DNA of 43,888 nucleotides. Origin: a phage. The notes below the pieces were generated by a model. It was given only the letters and a program-made list of their open reading frames with translations. It made no database searches and was not told where the DNA came from. Positions 27,982 to 35,789 of the stretch are shown piece by piece; position 1 is the stretch's first letter, and each line of letters opens with the position of its first letter. The translations under genes and the position numbers were made by a program. The stretch is from assembly GCA_031856995.1 (NCBI GenBank), contig GCA_031856995.1_4356.1; one strand, given 5' to 3'.

Positions 27982-28483
27982 CGGACACCACCTTAATTGT
28001 TACTTCACTGATTGGCTCGTCGCGTACTTCTTCGGCGACAACTGTTTTATTCAGCCCCAGCTTAGCGGCGGCGAACGTAGCAGAGATACCGGCGGCCCCA
28101 TTCTCAGTGAAATACGCCTCTTCCAGCGCCTGTGCCGTTTCATAGGCTTCTGCAAATGAGGGAATCTCGCGCAGCCACAGCTTAATAATCGGGATAGTGA
28201 CACCGATGTGTAAGGCGAAGCGAGCCAGTGATGGCGGTTTATCCGCAATGACTGCTTTGTAGTCTCCGTGCGCACCGGTCGGCATAGCCTCCCACGACGT
28301 GCGGTCGAAGAAACGAATCAATTCGTCACAATAGTCCGGGTCCCACAACGCGGCGGAATTACGGGATGATTGATAAAGGCTCTGTTTACCGCGCGGTCGT
28401 TTACGGCGACGGTTTGCGCTAACAGCTTCTTCATGTGCAGCTTGCACCACCTCTGGTGATGGCTGCTTGAGTTTCAGCTTCAT
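27971..28483 (-). CDS. terminase small subunit (putative)
   Basis: Overlaps start of large subunit; likely ATG at 28483 after AAGGGGA (track ORF starts 28522); basic stretch RRRKRPRGK. Confidence 0.55.
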   Translation of the reverse strand: MKLKLKQPSPEVVQAAHEEAVSANRRRKRPRGKQSLYQSSRNSAALWDPDYCDELIRFFDRTSWEAMPTGAHGDYKAVIADKPPSLARFALHIGVTIPIIKLWLREIPSFAEAYETAQALEEAYFTENGAAGISATFAAAKLGLNKTVVAEEVRDEPISEVTIKVVSGER

Positions 28484-28548
28484 AGAATCCCCTTGCATAT
28501 GCGTCTGACCATCAGAGCGCACCAGACGCGCCCTACGCGTCTAAATGG

Positions 28549-28578
28549 ATTATATAAGGGGATTGGGCGGGATGTACA
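28549..28578 (-). promoter_or_regulatory. sigma70-like late promoter upstream of terminase genes
   Basis: On - strand TGTACA-18 nt-TATAAT, directly downstream of a terminator hairpin. Confidence 0.5.
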
Positions 28579-28599
28579 GAAAAGCCCTCGGTAGAGGGC
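28579..28599 (-). terminator. Rho-independent terminator
   Basis: GCCCTCggtaGAGGGC hairpin plus T-run on - strand. Confidence 0.6.
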
Positions 28600-28702
28600 T
28601 TGTATCAGTTGTATAGGCCGTGGCGTGGTGCTCTTTTACCGTCGCCGCCGTAATGGTCGTTAGCTACGGGAATGGCCCGGGCGTTAGGGATGATTAGTAG
28701 TC

Positions 28703-28939
28703 TCATTCCCCGCTCTCCTCTCGTGCGATACGTTGCTCAGTTTTAGTGATACCCCGGCGCGTGAATAACACCGGGCTTGTTTTAACGTGCGTCATCAGAC
28801 GGTTGTTATAAATTACGTGGCGCTCGCAGTCCACGTCTTTGCTGTACTTCGCAATCGTCATTTCGTTGATGCCGGTTTGTCGGCACGTCTCGGCCATCGT
28901 GCCAAATTCTTTAATCAGGTTAGGAATGCTGGTAATCAT
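28703..28939 (-). CDS. small HTH DNA-binding protein
   Basis: TMAETCRQTGINEMTIAKYSK helix-turn-helix-like; ATG 28939 coupled to upstream small ORF (track ORF starts with GTG at 28963). Confidence 0.5.
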   Translation of the reverse strand: MITSIPNLIKEFGTMAETCRQTGINEMTIAKYSKDVDCERHVIYNNRLMTHVKTSPVLFTRRGITKTEQRIAREESGE

Positions 28940-29106
28940 CCTAAGAAATTCCTCGTTGTCCACATCGCATTCGGATATTTGTTATCGCGGTCCTGCACTA
29001 CAGCAATCATGTTTCCACGTTGCACCAGGCAGAAGTGCCGTTGTTGCTCGCCGTTGTAGCGACGCCAGATTGCCTCTTCGATTGCTGCGTTGATGTCACT
29101 GAACAT
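28936..29106 (-). CDS. small hypothetical protein (56 aa)
   Basis: ATG after GTGGGG RBS; MFSDINAAIEEAIWRRYNGEQQRHF... Confidence 0.4.
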   Translation of the reverse strand: MFSDINAAIEEAIWRRYNGEQQRHFCLVQRGNMIAVVQDRDNKYPNAMWTTRNFLG

Positions 29107-29108
29107 AT

Positions 29109-29300
29109 CTACCCCACTATTTCATCACCGAGCCACGCCGTCTCTCGTATATCATCGACCACACACGCGGCGTGCTCACGGCTAATTGCAAAAATGTAGA
29201 AGCTAAACTTCTTCCCGTCGGCGTCGATATGGTTAACAGAGTATGGTTTCCACAGGACGCCATCAATCACTACCGGTTCAGGCGCTTTCATGCCCATCAC
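29109..29300 (-). CDS. hypothetical protein
   Basis: 63 aa track ORF in translationally coupled chain. Confidence 0.5.
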   Translation of the reverse strand: MMGMKAPEPVVIDGVLWKPYSVNHIDADGKKFSFYIFAISREHAACVVDDIRETAWLGDEIVG

Positions 29301-29475
29301 CGGATGCTTTGTTCAGGCTGAAGCGGTTAATCAGTTCACGACGTGTCTCGTAAAGTGACTCAACCATTTGCTCGGCTACAGCGATTTTAGTATTCAGGAC
29401 GTGCATCACGTGACTGATGTCTACGCCGCCGTTAACAGCCTCCACCATCATCTTTTCATATTCACGGTCAGTCAT
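29278..29475 (-). CDS. hypothetical protein
   Basis: 65 aa track ORF. Confidence 0.5.
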   Translation of the reverse strand: MTDREYEKMMVEAVNGGVDISHVMHVLNTKIAVAEQMVESLYETRRELINRFSLNKASGDGHESA

Positions 29476-29630
29476 TCTTTACGCTCTCCCCACATGCGAT
29501 TTAGATACTTGTTCTTGTCCGGCCCCGGGAAACTGTTACGTTTCATAAGCTCCTCTCGTGTCGGGAACGAGGTGTGACTGACTTTACGGCCTACTCGTAA
29601 TGGTTGGCTTACTTGACCTTGTTCGCTCAT
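29472..29630 (-). CDS. small hypothetical protein (52 aa)
   Basis: ATGA coupling at both ends; MSEQGQVSQPLRVGRKV... Confidence 0.4.
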   Translation of the reverse strand: MSEQGQVSQPLRVGRKVSHTSFPTREELMKRNSFPGPDKNKYLNRMWGERKE

Positions 29631-29824
29631 TCTACAATCTCCCATTTAACGCCGTGGAAGCCATCACCTTCATCGTTACCAAAGTCTATGAAAATATAGC
29701 AGTCGTCGTCGGAGTCTATATAACCGAAACCAGTAGCTGTCGGGTTGTACACATCGTACACTTTACCCTCTGTCACATAGTCAAGGGCGGCTAACCAGAG
29801 AATTTTAGCGGCTTTAACTTTCAT
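29627..29824 (-). CDS. hypothetical acidic protein
   Basis: 65 aa track ORF. Confidence 0.5.
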   Translation of the reverse strand: MKVKAAKILWLAALDYVTEGKVYDVYNPTATGFGYIDSDDDCYIFIDFGNDEGDGFHGVKWEIVE

Positions 29825-30030
29825 TTCTTCTCTCCTGCAAACTTAAATTTAGCCTCGAACTCCTTTCTACCAACACAATATTCTGAATAGGATTCATTGA
29901 ATTTCATCAATGGGTAGTCGGCGATAAGTACGTGGTCCAACCCAACCGCAGTTACAATGAAACTAACTTCACCTACATCACCCCACGAGTAATTACTCTT
30001 ATAGATGCCACCAACGATAACGTCGATCAT
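29821..30030 (-). CDS. hypothetical protein
   Basis: 69 aa track ORF. Confidence 0.5.
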   Translation of the reverse strand: MIDVIVGGIYKSNYSWGDVGEVSFIVTAVGLDHVLIADYPLMKFNESYSEYCVGRKEFEAKFKFAGEKK

Positions 30031-30176
30031 TTCTTCTCTCCTGCATAAGCTGCTTTCAGTGTCTGCATCGCGGCGAACCAGAATGCAGCCGCTGGGATGC
30101 TGTTGCTCAGGTTGCTAACGGCGATGCGTGCCATCAGTTGTGCGTCTTTGAATGCTTCGATATCTGTAATTTTCAT
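30027..30176 (-). CDS. small hypothetical protein (49 aa)
   Basis: Coupled at both ends; MKITDIEAFKDAQLMARIAV... Confidence 0.4.
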   Translation of the reverse strand: MKITDIEAFKDAQLMARIAVSNLSNSIPAAAFWFAAMQTLKAAYAGEKK

Positions 30177-30373
30177 TAGTTATTCTCCAGTATTTCTAAC
30201 GCTTTCACGAGGTAACGTTTACGTAAAACATCAGTCTGCGCGCTATTAGCCCTGCGTATGTAGCCCGCAGCAGCCCTCATCTGTAGTTTTTCCACCGAAC
30301 CATTCCCTATAACTGATGCGATACATTTAACTTCGAGTTCTTCGGTTATTTCTATCGTCGATACGTTGCCCAT
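30176..30373 (-). CDS. hypothetical protein
   Basis: 65 aa track ORF, first gene after promoter at 30408-30436. Confidence 0.5.
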   Translation of the reverse strand: MGNVSTIEITEELEVKCIASVIGNGSVEKLQMRAAAGYIRRANSAQTDVLRKRYLVKALEILENN

Positions 30374-30407
30374 TTCTCTCTACTCCGTTCTCGTTGTCGA
30401 TGAAGTA

Positions 30408-30436
30408 AATATAATAGGGTCGAGGATAATAGTCAA
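30408..30436 (-). promoter_or_regulatory. sigma70-like promoter (TTGACT-17 nt-TATATT on - strand)
   Basis: Hexamers with 17-nt spacer about 35 nt upstream of ATG 30373; leader contains AACGAGA shared with other phage promoters. Confidence 0.55.
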
Positions 30437-30454
30437 CTAGTCATTACAGAAAAC

Positions 30455-30490
30455 AGATAAAAAAAATCCCGGCTGGGTCAGGGCCGGGAT
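30455..30490 (-). terminator. Rho-independent terminator (first of tandem pair after lysis genes)
   Basis: ATCCCGGCtgggtcagGGCCGGGAT hairpin followed by T-run on - strand. Confidence 0.7.
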
Positions 30491-30562
30491 AAAACTGGAG
30501 AGCAGAGGGATGGAACAGGAGGTGATTTAAGTATCGTCTGATTAGTCTTAGGTGTCAATTGG

Positions 30563-30593
30563 TAAAATAAAACCCGGATTCGCGGTCCGGGTT
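30563..30593 (-). terminator. Rho-independent terminator (second of tandem pair)
   Basis: AACCCGGAttcgcggTCCGGGTT hairpin followed by TTTTATTTT on - strand. Confidence 0.65.
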
Positions 30594-30720
30594 TCGGGCA
30601 TAAGCCCCTGAACCCTACGCAGTCTCCACCGCCTGGGCTGCTGCTTCAGGTTTACCAGGGCTTAGTATGCAAGCACAAGCAGCGTGATGTAAGTTTACTA
30701 AACGCCTTCGTATTCGTCCA

Positions 30721-31206
30721 TCATTTAACAGCCCTCCCGATAGCCTCCGCCTCCTGCCACTGTTTACCGTCGAACAACGCCAGACGACCCGCAGTACGGC
30801 GACGCAGACCAAGTAACGGTTTACCATTCTGGTTGATGAACAGCGCCAGCTTAGCCCGCAGCGTCGTGATATCACCAGAACGCAGCGCCTTACCCGTGCC
30901 CGTAGTAGCAGCAATCACGCCAGCGCCCGCGTTATAGACCAGGTCGCAAACAGCATCAAACTGCGCCTGCGTCAGTGAATGGTGCGCTGCTGCGTCAACC
31001 GCAGCTACGGCCTTAGCCATATCACGATTCAGTAACAGGAGGCCTTGCCCTGGAGTGATGGTCCGCCCAGCCTTAACATGAGGGCCATAGCTTCCGTAGC
31101 CTATTGTAAGGTACTTCTCATTCGGTGTAGCGCGATACGCAGTTCCGCGGAATCCCTCAAATGCAGCGGTAAAATGCAACCCATTATCTGAAATGTTTCG
31201 AGACAC
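30721..31206 (-). CDS. endolysin (GH24 lysozyme-like)
   Basis: FEGFRGTAYRATPNEKYLTIGYGSYGP resembles the T4/lambda-type lysozyme catalytic region; likely GTG start at 31206, 7 nt after GGAGGA (track ORF starts at TTG 31257). Confidence 0.7.
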   Translation of the reverse strand: MSRNISDNGLHFTAAFEGFRGTAYRATPNEKYLTIGYGSYGPHVKAGRTITPGQGLLLLNRDMAKAVAAVDAAAHHSLTQAQFDAVCDLVYNAGAGVIAATTGTGKALRSGDITTLRAKLALFINQNGKPLLGLRRRTAGRLALFDGKQWQEAEAIGRAVK

Positions 31207-31456
31207 GCTTATGTCCTCCGTATGACAGCCACGCCTGACGAATCTGGCGCAGCGCAACTAATGTGATTAATGTCCCAGGCAGCGTTGGCGACATGCTGCC
31301 CTGTAACAGGTGGATGCATCCGGCAGCGCAAACGATAGCGGTCAGGATGTAGAGCACCCGACCAAATAACCCATCGTCAACACTGGGGTGGTATACATTA
31401 AACAGCGATGTGCCACCGATTGCCAGCATACCGCCGAACCAGAATAACTCATTCAT
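31184..31456 (-). CDS. holin/antiholin-like membrane protein
   Basis: 90 aa, two hydrophobic helices, basic C-terminus; directly upstream of endolysin. Confidence 0.55.
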   Translation of the reverse strand: MNELFWFGGMLAIGGTSLFNVYHPSVDDGLFGRVLYILTAIVCAAGCIHLLQGSMSPTLPGTLITLVALRQIRQAWLSYGGHKRVSKHFR

Positions 31457-31757
31457 CCGGGTCTCCTCGACGTGCGATGTATTCTCCGGCGACGATACCG
31501 GAGAGGCGGGAATAGATAGGCATCCAGAGAATAGCGATAATGAAGCCCAGGCCAGCTATCTCGCGTTCGCCGGTAATACCAAACCATTGGGCTGCGAGAG
31601 GCGCACCAAATACGGCGCAGGTGAAGCCGGTAGCGATAAAGCAGAAGCCATCAATAGGGCCAGAAATAACGGACTTATGTTGCCGTAGGCCGATTACCCC
31701 TCCGGCTAGTGCGGCAGCGAGAAGCCACCCCGTCACTGTTTCAGTAAATTTATCCAA
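31449..31757 (-). CDS. putative holin
   Basis: 102 aa with three hydrophobic segments and charged C-terminus; first gene of lysis cassette. Confidence 0.6.
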   Translation of the reverse strand: MDKFTETVTGWLLAAALAGGVIGLRQHKSVISGPIDGFCFIATGFTCAVFGAPLAAQWFGITGEREIAGLGFIIAILWMPIYSRLSGIVAGEYIARRGDPDE

Positions 31758-31832
31758 GATGAATCCTCCAGGTGCGTATTAAGTATGCAGTAACTGGAGG
31801 ATACCACGGGTAGGAATTATCCTAATAACGGT

Positions 31833-32126
31833 TTATTTATGTCTCCAGATGTATTGTCGTCTCTGTGGTTTCGTCGGGATATCATCGTATCCCAGCGATT
31901 TCCAGTAATTAAATAACCGATTAGAGATTGCAGCGCGTTCCTGTGTTTTAAACTCACCGAGGTTTACGGCCTTCCCGTTCTGGAATCCACAGGCGCGGAC
32001 AGCTTTACGCCGCTCTTGTATCTCAGGGAACAGTGCGTTACGGCGACGCTTGTGTATACGTGTCTTCGCTCTCGGTGACAGCGGCGCAAGGCCGCTTCGT
32101 TTCAGGATGTCAGTTGCTAACGACAT
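31833..32126 (-). CDS. hypothetical basic protein
   Basis: Track ORF 31833..32171; internal ATG at 32126 abuts upstream gene stop. Confidence 0.45.
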   Translation of the reverse strand: MSLATDILKRSGLAPLSPRAKTRIHKRRRNALFPEIQERRKAVRACGFQNGKAVNLGEFKTQERAAISNRLFNYWKSLGYDDIPTKPQRRQYIWRHK

Positions 32127-32395
32127 CACTCCACCCCCTCCACATGTGTAACTGACCCACAGTTCGCGCACTCGACGTAATCAGGGAACTGGTCTTTGTA
32201 TTTCTGTAACTCGGCTTCCGCTTTTTCTGCCCACGCTAAAAAGTCGAAAGCGGCATTGAGCATCTGCGTACGCCATGTCCTGAGTTCATTGAACTTACGC
32301 TCAAGTTCCGCGTAGTCTTCGTAACCAACCCAGTCACCATCGTCGTGCGGCCCTATTAAACCGCCTTGTAATAAATATCTCTGTACCATAATCAC
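32126..32395 (-). CDS. hypothetical protein
   Basis: 89 aa track ORF; C-terminal CANCGS. Confidence 0.5.
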   Translation of the reverse strand: MIMVQRYLLQGGLIGPHDDGDWVGYEDYAELERKFNELRTWRTQMLNAAFDFLAWAEKAEAELQKYKDQFPDYVECANCGSVTHVEGVE

Positions 32396-32610
32396 TTCTC
32401 CTGTTTACCAAGTCGCTTAGGTGAGCAGATAGCGCGTACCTCTGAATCGTTAGGCTTGTCGCCCTGAAACAAGAAGTGCGCGTTCTCTGCAGCGCGTGCC
32501 GCTGACTGGCACGCCTCCATCGAGTAAAACGTTTCTGATGCCGCTAGTTGCATCTGGCCAGCCGACAATACCCAGATAAATAAGATGCTGGTCATTTCTT
32601 TAACCCACAT
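32392..32610 (-). CDS. small secreted protein (signal peptide, two Cys)
   Basis: MTSILFIWVLSAGQMQLAAS signal-like N-terminus. Confidence 0.5.
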   Translation of the reverse strand: MWVKEMTSILFIWVLSAGQMQLAASETFYSMEACQSAARAAENAHFLFQGDKPNDSEVRAICSPKRLGKQEK

Positions 32611-32867
32611 TTAATGCACATACATGGAAACCCGACTCCGTAAAATTGCCATTCGTGTTCACGCTGTTTCTCCTTCCACCGTACCCACATCCGCTGAACC
32701 TCTGGTTCAGCGTAGCCATTGTCTTTCCGGGCCGGGGTGAACCCAAACCGGCTCCGGAACCATATTTCAAACTGCTGCAAAGTGAGTCTCACTTCCTGGT
32801 AACTTGAAGCCGTTGTCGGTCCGCGCCACGTTCCACTCAATCCCACCGTGGTACACAACCATGTCAT
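32592..32867 (-). CDS. hypothetical protein (overlaps 32767..32952 in another frame; true start uncertain)
   Basis: 91 aa track ORF; C-terminal CMCIKCG. Confidence 0.35.
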   Translation of the reverse strand: MTWLCTTVGLSGTWRGPTTASSYQEVRLTLQQFEIWFRSRFGFTPARKDNGYAEPEVQRMWVRWKEKQREHEWQFYGVGFPCMCIKCGLKK

Positions 32868-32952
32868 CTAAATCCAGGTCTATAACGGTTCCTACTTTGA
32901 AGATGCCTTTAGTCAGTTCACTGTCTCTTTTTGTAACTTTAACTTCTAACAT
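32767..32952 (-). CDS. hypothetical protein
   Basis: 61 aa ORF with GAGGAAAA RBS, first gene after promoter at 32985-33013. Confidence 0.5.
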   Translation of the reverse strand: MLEVKVTKRDSELTKGIFKVGTVIDLDLDDMVVYHGGIEWNVARTDNGFKLPGSETHFAAV

Positions 32953-32984
32953 TTCGTTTTCCTCTGTCTCGTCTGTGTAAATGA

Positions 32985-33013
32985 ATAGTAGCCTATTCTA
33001 TCTTAGTGTGCAA
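32985..33013 (-). promoter_or_regulatory. sigma70-like promoter with palindromic core
   Basis: On - strand TTGCAC-17 nt-TACTAT; core GAATAGTAGCCTATTC is a perfect 6+4+6 palindrome. Confidence 0.6.
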
Positions 33014-33020
33014 GTAAATT

Positions 33021-33191
33021 TTATTGGTGTTTTAAAGATAATCGTTCGCCACGAATCCAGTAGTACCTCGGGCGTCTGGCCCACTGGCACCAGCGCATAA
33101 CACGGTACTTGTTGCCGTCTGACGCAACAATAAGCCCGAATCGCTTTTCTCCGTTTCTACCGGTCCAGGTTACGATGTCATTCAGTTTCAT
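33021..33191 (-). CDS. small hypothetical protein (56 aa)
   Basis: ATG preceded by AGGAGA; MKLNDIVTWTGRNGEKRFGLIV... Confidence 0.4.
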   Translation of the reverse strand: MKLNDIVTWTGRNGEKRFGLIVASDGNKYRVMRWCQWARRPRYYWIRGERLSLKHQ

Positions 33192-33325
33192 TGTTGCGTC
33201 TCCTGCAATAGTCGCTTCGATTGTTGCGTTTGGTGAAAGTGTCGCCTTTTGACGACACTAAGTTAAAGTTGTACGCTGCTGTGTAGCAGCGTAAGTCACT
33301 CAGTAAAATCCCAAACTATTGAACA

Positions 33326-33526
33326 TCACACTTCCGGCGGCTCAGGTAACGGCATCCAGTGAGTCACGTACTTATCGTAGTGATTCCAGAAAGGCTTTCT
33401 CCCGTCATCAGGAACGATGTAATAATCGTGTTGAACTGCGTTATTTAACGTTTCATACACCAGGAATTCTTTATCTGTACTACCGTTGCCCGGCAGCATC
33501 TCACTACACTTAATCCACTCACCCAT
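33326..33526 (-). CDS. DUF551-like phage protein
   Basis: 66 aa ending ...WMPLPEPPEV, the W-x-PLPEPP signature I associate with DUF551. Confidence 0.5.
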   Translation of the reverse strand: MGEWIKCSEMLPGNGSTDKEFLVYETLNNAVQHDYYIVPDDGRKPFWNHYDKYVTHWMPLPEPPEV

Positions 33527-33529
33527 ATC

Positions 33530-33673
33530 TCACCTCGTATTCATCGCAGTTTGAACACCAGCTTTCCACGCCCGCCACGCGAGACGTGTCTTAACGTTCA
33601 GGTACTCTTTCTTTGAACCCTTGTTAACCGGCAGACCCTCGACGATGGCCCACCGTTCGAATGCTTCTCTCAT
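33530..33673 (-). CDS. small hypothetical protein (47 aa)
   Basis: ATGA coupling with upstream gene; MREAFERWAIVEGLPVNKG... Confidence 0.35.
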   Translation of the reverse strand: MREAFERWAIVEGLPVNKGSKKEYLNVKTRLAWRAWKAGVQTAMNTR

Positions 33674-33876
33674 AACTCAACCCCGTGGTGCTTAAGAAAA
33701 CTGTTTAACTTGTACTCACGGTACTGTGCTACCTCCTTAGCATGAGCCAAATGCCACGACTTCAACGGGGTGTACTTCGCCTTTTCCCAGCATTCAACAC
33801 CAAACTCGGCGGCGCGCAGACCGCCAATCAGACGGCGTAAGCGGAATTCGTTATACGGACTCATACCAACCTCCAC
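33670..33876 (-). CDS. hypothetical protein
   Basis: 68 aa track ORF. Confidence 0.5.
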   Translation of the reverse strand: MEVGMSPYNEFRLRRLIGGLRAAEFGVECWEKAKYTPLKSWHLAHAKEVAQYREYKLNSFLKHHGVEL

Positions 33877-33928
33877 AACGCGTGCACCACATAAACGGCG
33901 CTGATGATTAAAACAAACGGGTAATTAT

Positions 33929-34201
33929 TCATACCACCCCCATCTTCTCTTTAACGTGCACCCAGAACTCACCACAATACCAGCACCACATTAAATTCGG
34001 TGTCTCGCGAACCCAACCGTAATCCCCGCGTGCGCGAATAGGGATAACGCCTTTAATGAAATAATAACCTGTTCGCAGAAACTCAGGGTCGCGCGTCGCT
34101 GTGCGCCACATGTTATAAAACTGCTCCAGCCCGGCACCCCGACGCATGACCCGTACCTTATGAATGGTGTCAGAGACTTTTTCCAGTTCAGCGTTATTCA
34201 T
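33929..34201 (-). CDS. hypothetical protein
   Basis: 90 aa track ORF, coupled to upstream gene. Confidence 0.5.
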   Translation of the reverse strand: MNNAELEKVSDTIHKVRVMRRGAGLEQFYNMWRTATRDPEFLRTGYYFIKGVIPIRARGDYGWVRETPNLMWCWYCGEFWVHVKEKMGVV

Positions 34202-34419
34202 TTACGGCAACCTCCCTCAGAGTCGTCGGCACGAGCATCATGATTCGGTGCCGGTTCGAGTAAAGTGACCACACCACTTTCCTTCGTCAGAAGGATGTAA
34301 ACCGTCCGCAAATGTGCGTACTGTTTTAGCCAGGGACCGATTTCGGATTTACTGTTGAATTCTTTACTGGCTATGGTTTGTTTTGTCTCTTTCGATTTAA
34401 TCTCTAGCTTAATCATCAC
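34198..34419 (-). CDS. hypothetical protein
   Basis: 73 aa track ORF. Confidence 0.5.
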   Translation of the reverse strand: MMIKLEIKSKETKQTIASKEFNSKSEIGPWLKQYAHLRTVYILLTKESGVVTLLEPAPNHDARADDSEGGCRK

Positions 34420-34610
34420 TTCGCCCCTTTGAATTTAAAATTGTTGCCGATGAGTGTTAAATTATCTCTGAAAGCGTAACCATGTTTCTTTCGTACAAGA
34501 CCCCATACGTCTACAGCGGTACTATATTCATCCTCATTCTGGGTAACTATTACGTACTGTCCGCCGCGTTTTGTTTTAACCAACTGACCCTTCTTAAACA
34601 TAACCATCAC
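34416..34610 (-). CDS. hypothetical protein
   Basis: 64 aa track ORF. Confidence 0.5.
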   Translation of the reverse strand: MMVMFKKGQLVKTKRGGQYVIVTQNEDEYSTAVDVWGLVRKKHGYAFRDNLTLIGNNFKFKGAK

Positions 34611-34619
34611 TCCTCTGTC

Positions 34620-34838
34620 TTATTTAAAGTAGATAGCAAATTTCTTGTAACCCGCTGGCTCGTTACGAAGTCCTTTACCGTTAGCGAAACGTTGTACGTT
34701 AACAAAATCATTTTCATCCATTCCGTCGGTGTCGAACGTAAAGAAGTTGCGCTTGTTCCCGATAATTACGCGCTCTGAGATATCGATGCCGTAAACTTCT
34801 TTGATTGCGGAAACTACGCTTGCGGTCGCTTTGTTCAT
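34620..34838 (-). CDS. hypothetical protein (first - strand early gene)
   Basis: 72 aa ORF with AAGGAA RBS, directly downstream of promoter 34873-34901. Confidence 0.55.
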   Translation of the reverse strand: MNKATASVVSAIKEVYGIDISERVIIGNKRNFFTFDTDGMDENDFVNVQRFANGKGLRNEPAGYKKFAIYFK

Positions 34839-34872
34839 TTCTAAATTCCTTATGTCTCGTTTCGATAAGTGA

Positions 34873-34901
34873 ATAGTAACCTATTATGTTGGGGTGTGCA
34901 A
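34873..34901 (-). promoter_or_regulatory. sigma70-like promoter with palindromic core (leftward early promoter)
   Basis: On - strand TTGCAC-17 nt-TACTAT; core GAATAGTAACCTATT. Confidence 0.6.
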
Positions 34902-34973
34902 GAGAATAGTTACGTTGCCGTTGTGATTCTTCGGGGAGGGTTGTGCCTTTATTCTTATTACTTGGTAACTAAA

Positions 34974-34993
34974 GGGCAGGCTTAAGCCTGCCC
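34974..34993. other. Perfect stem-loop GGGCAGGCttaaGCCTGCCC in the divergent intergenic (origin-like) region
   Basis: 8-bp perfect inverted repeat with 4-nt loop. Confidence 0.6.
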
Positions 34994-35259
34994 AATAATC
35001 GTTACATTTTTACGGTTGCGAATCTACGGCACATTAAGAAACAGTAGATATTTCAGCGGGTTACTTCTTTAAATGAGATTTAGATACACTTATCCTTAAA
35101 CCCCAAGGCAAGCATCTCAGCTGTCTGGGAGGGGTTGACGAATCCCTCGGGGAGGGTTCGTCAACTCCGTAATATATACAAGTCCCAAAACCATTATACA
35201 AACATGTGTCAAGAACTTTCAATAACATTTTTGTAAAGATTAAATATTACAGAGATTGG

Positions 35260-35288
35260 TTGCTTTTACATTCCCGCTATCCTATACT
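35260..35288 (+). promoter_or_regulatory. sigma70-like rightward early promoter
   Basis: TTGCTT-17 nt-TATACT about 30 nt upstream of ATG 35320; preceded by AT-rich tract. Confidence 0.55.
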
Positions 35289-35319
35289 CAGTTTCACCAA
35301 ACAAACAGGAGATATAAAA

Positions 35320-35502
35320 ATGTCGCATTATATGACGCAGAATGAAGTAGCTGAACGTATCGGGGTGACACGTCAGACAATTAATAACTGGTTGCGCAGC
35401 GGCAAATTCCCTGACTGCTGTATTAAGGTTATGGGCCGCCGTTTACCGGGAACATTTGACCGTAATAAAGTCGAAGCATGGATTAAGGAGAACGTGAAAT
35501 GA
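35320..35502 (+). CDS. small HTH DNA-binding protein (AlpA/excisionase-like fold)
   Basis: MTQNEVAERIGVTRQTINNWLRSGKFP; ATG 35320 after AGGAGA (track ORF starts 35206). Confidence 0.6.
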   Translation: MSHYMTQNEVAERIGVTRQTINNWLRSGKFPDCCIKVMGRRLPGTFDRNKVEAWIKENVK

Positions 35503-35789
35503 AAGGCGTAATTTTCCACAATAAAGCAGAAAACGAAGTGTATATGGTTCACTCCGTGGCAGGAGAGTTCGCTTTATGCTTCAATATCTCTTGCCATCTT
35601 GATACCTACCGGCCTTTCTGCGTAGAAACAGAAATGAAGCTAATTAGCTTACGCCAACTAAGCACCATGTCGGCATCGCTTAACGTAAGAGATAATCTCG
35701 AGTATATCGACTTCTATTTCGGCGATGATTTGGTCGAGGAATATTTTGAAGAGTATAAAAATTTGCTGGAAGGGTTGGCTAAACGGTAA
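35499..35789 (+). CDS. hypothetical protein
   Basis: 96 aa track ORF, ATGA-coupled to HTH gene. Confidence 0.5.
   Translation: MKGVIFHNKAENEVYMVHSVAGEFALCFNISCHLDTYRPFCVETEMKLISLRQLSTMSASLNVRDNLEYIDFYFGDDLVEEYFEEYKNLLEGLAKR

Noticed and set aside
30420-30720. Possible tRNA or structured small RNA in the 300-bp gap after the endolysin gene
   Set aside because: The hairpins are better explained as two tandem - strand terminators followed by a promoter; no cloverleaf-compatible arrangement seen. A small RNA remains possible but unsupported.
30615-30914. Arg-rich 99-aa - strand ORF overlapping the 3' part of the endolysin gene
   Set aside because: Alternative frame of the lysozyme gene; extreme Arg/Cys bias; extends into the terminator region without a start context.
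34620-34838. Possibility that the first - strand early gene is an anti-restriction (Ocr/ArdA-like) protein
   Set aside because: The 72-aa product is not strongly acidic and shows no recognisable DNA-mimic signature; position alone is insufficient.
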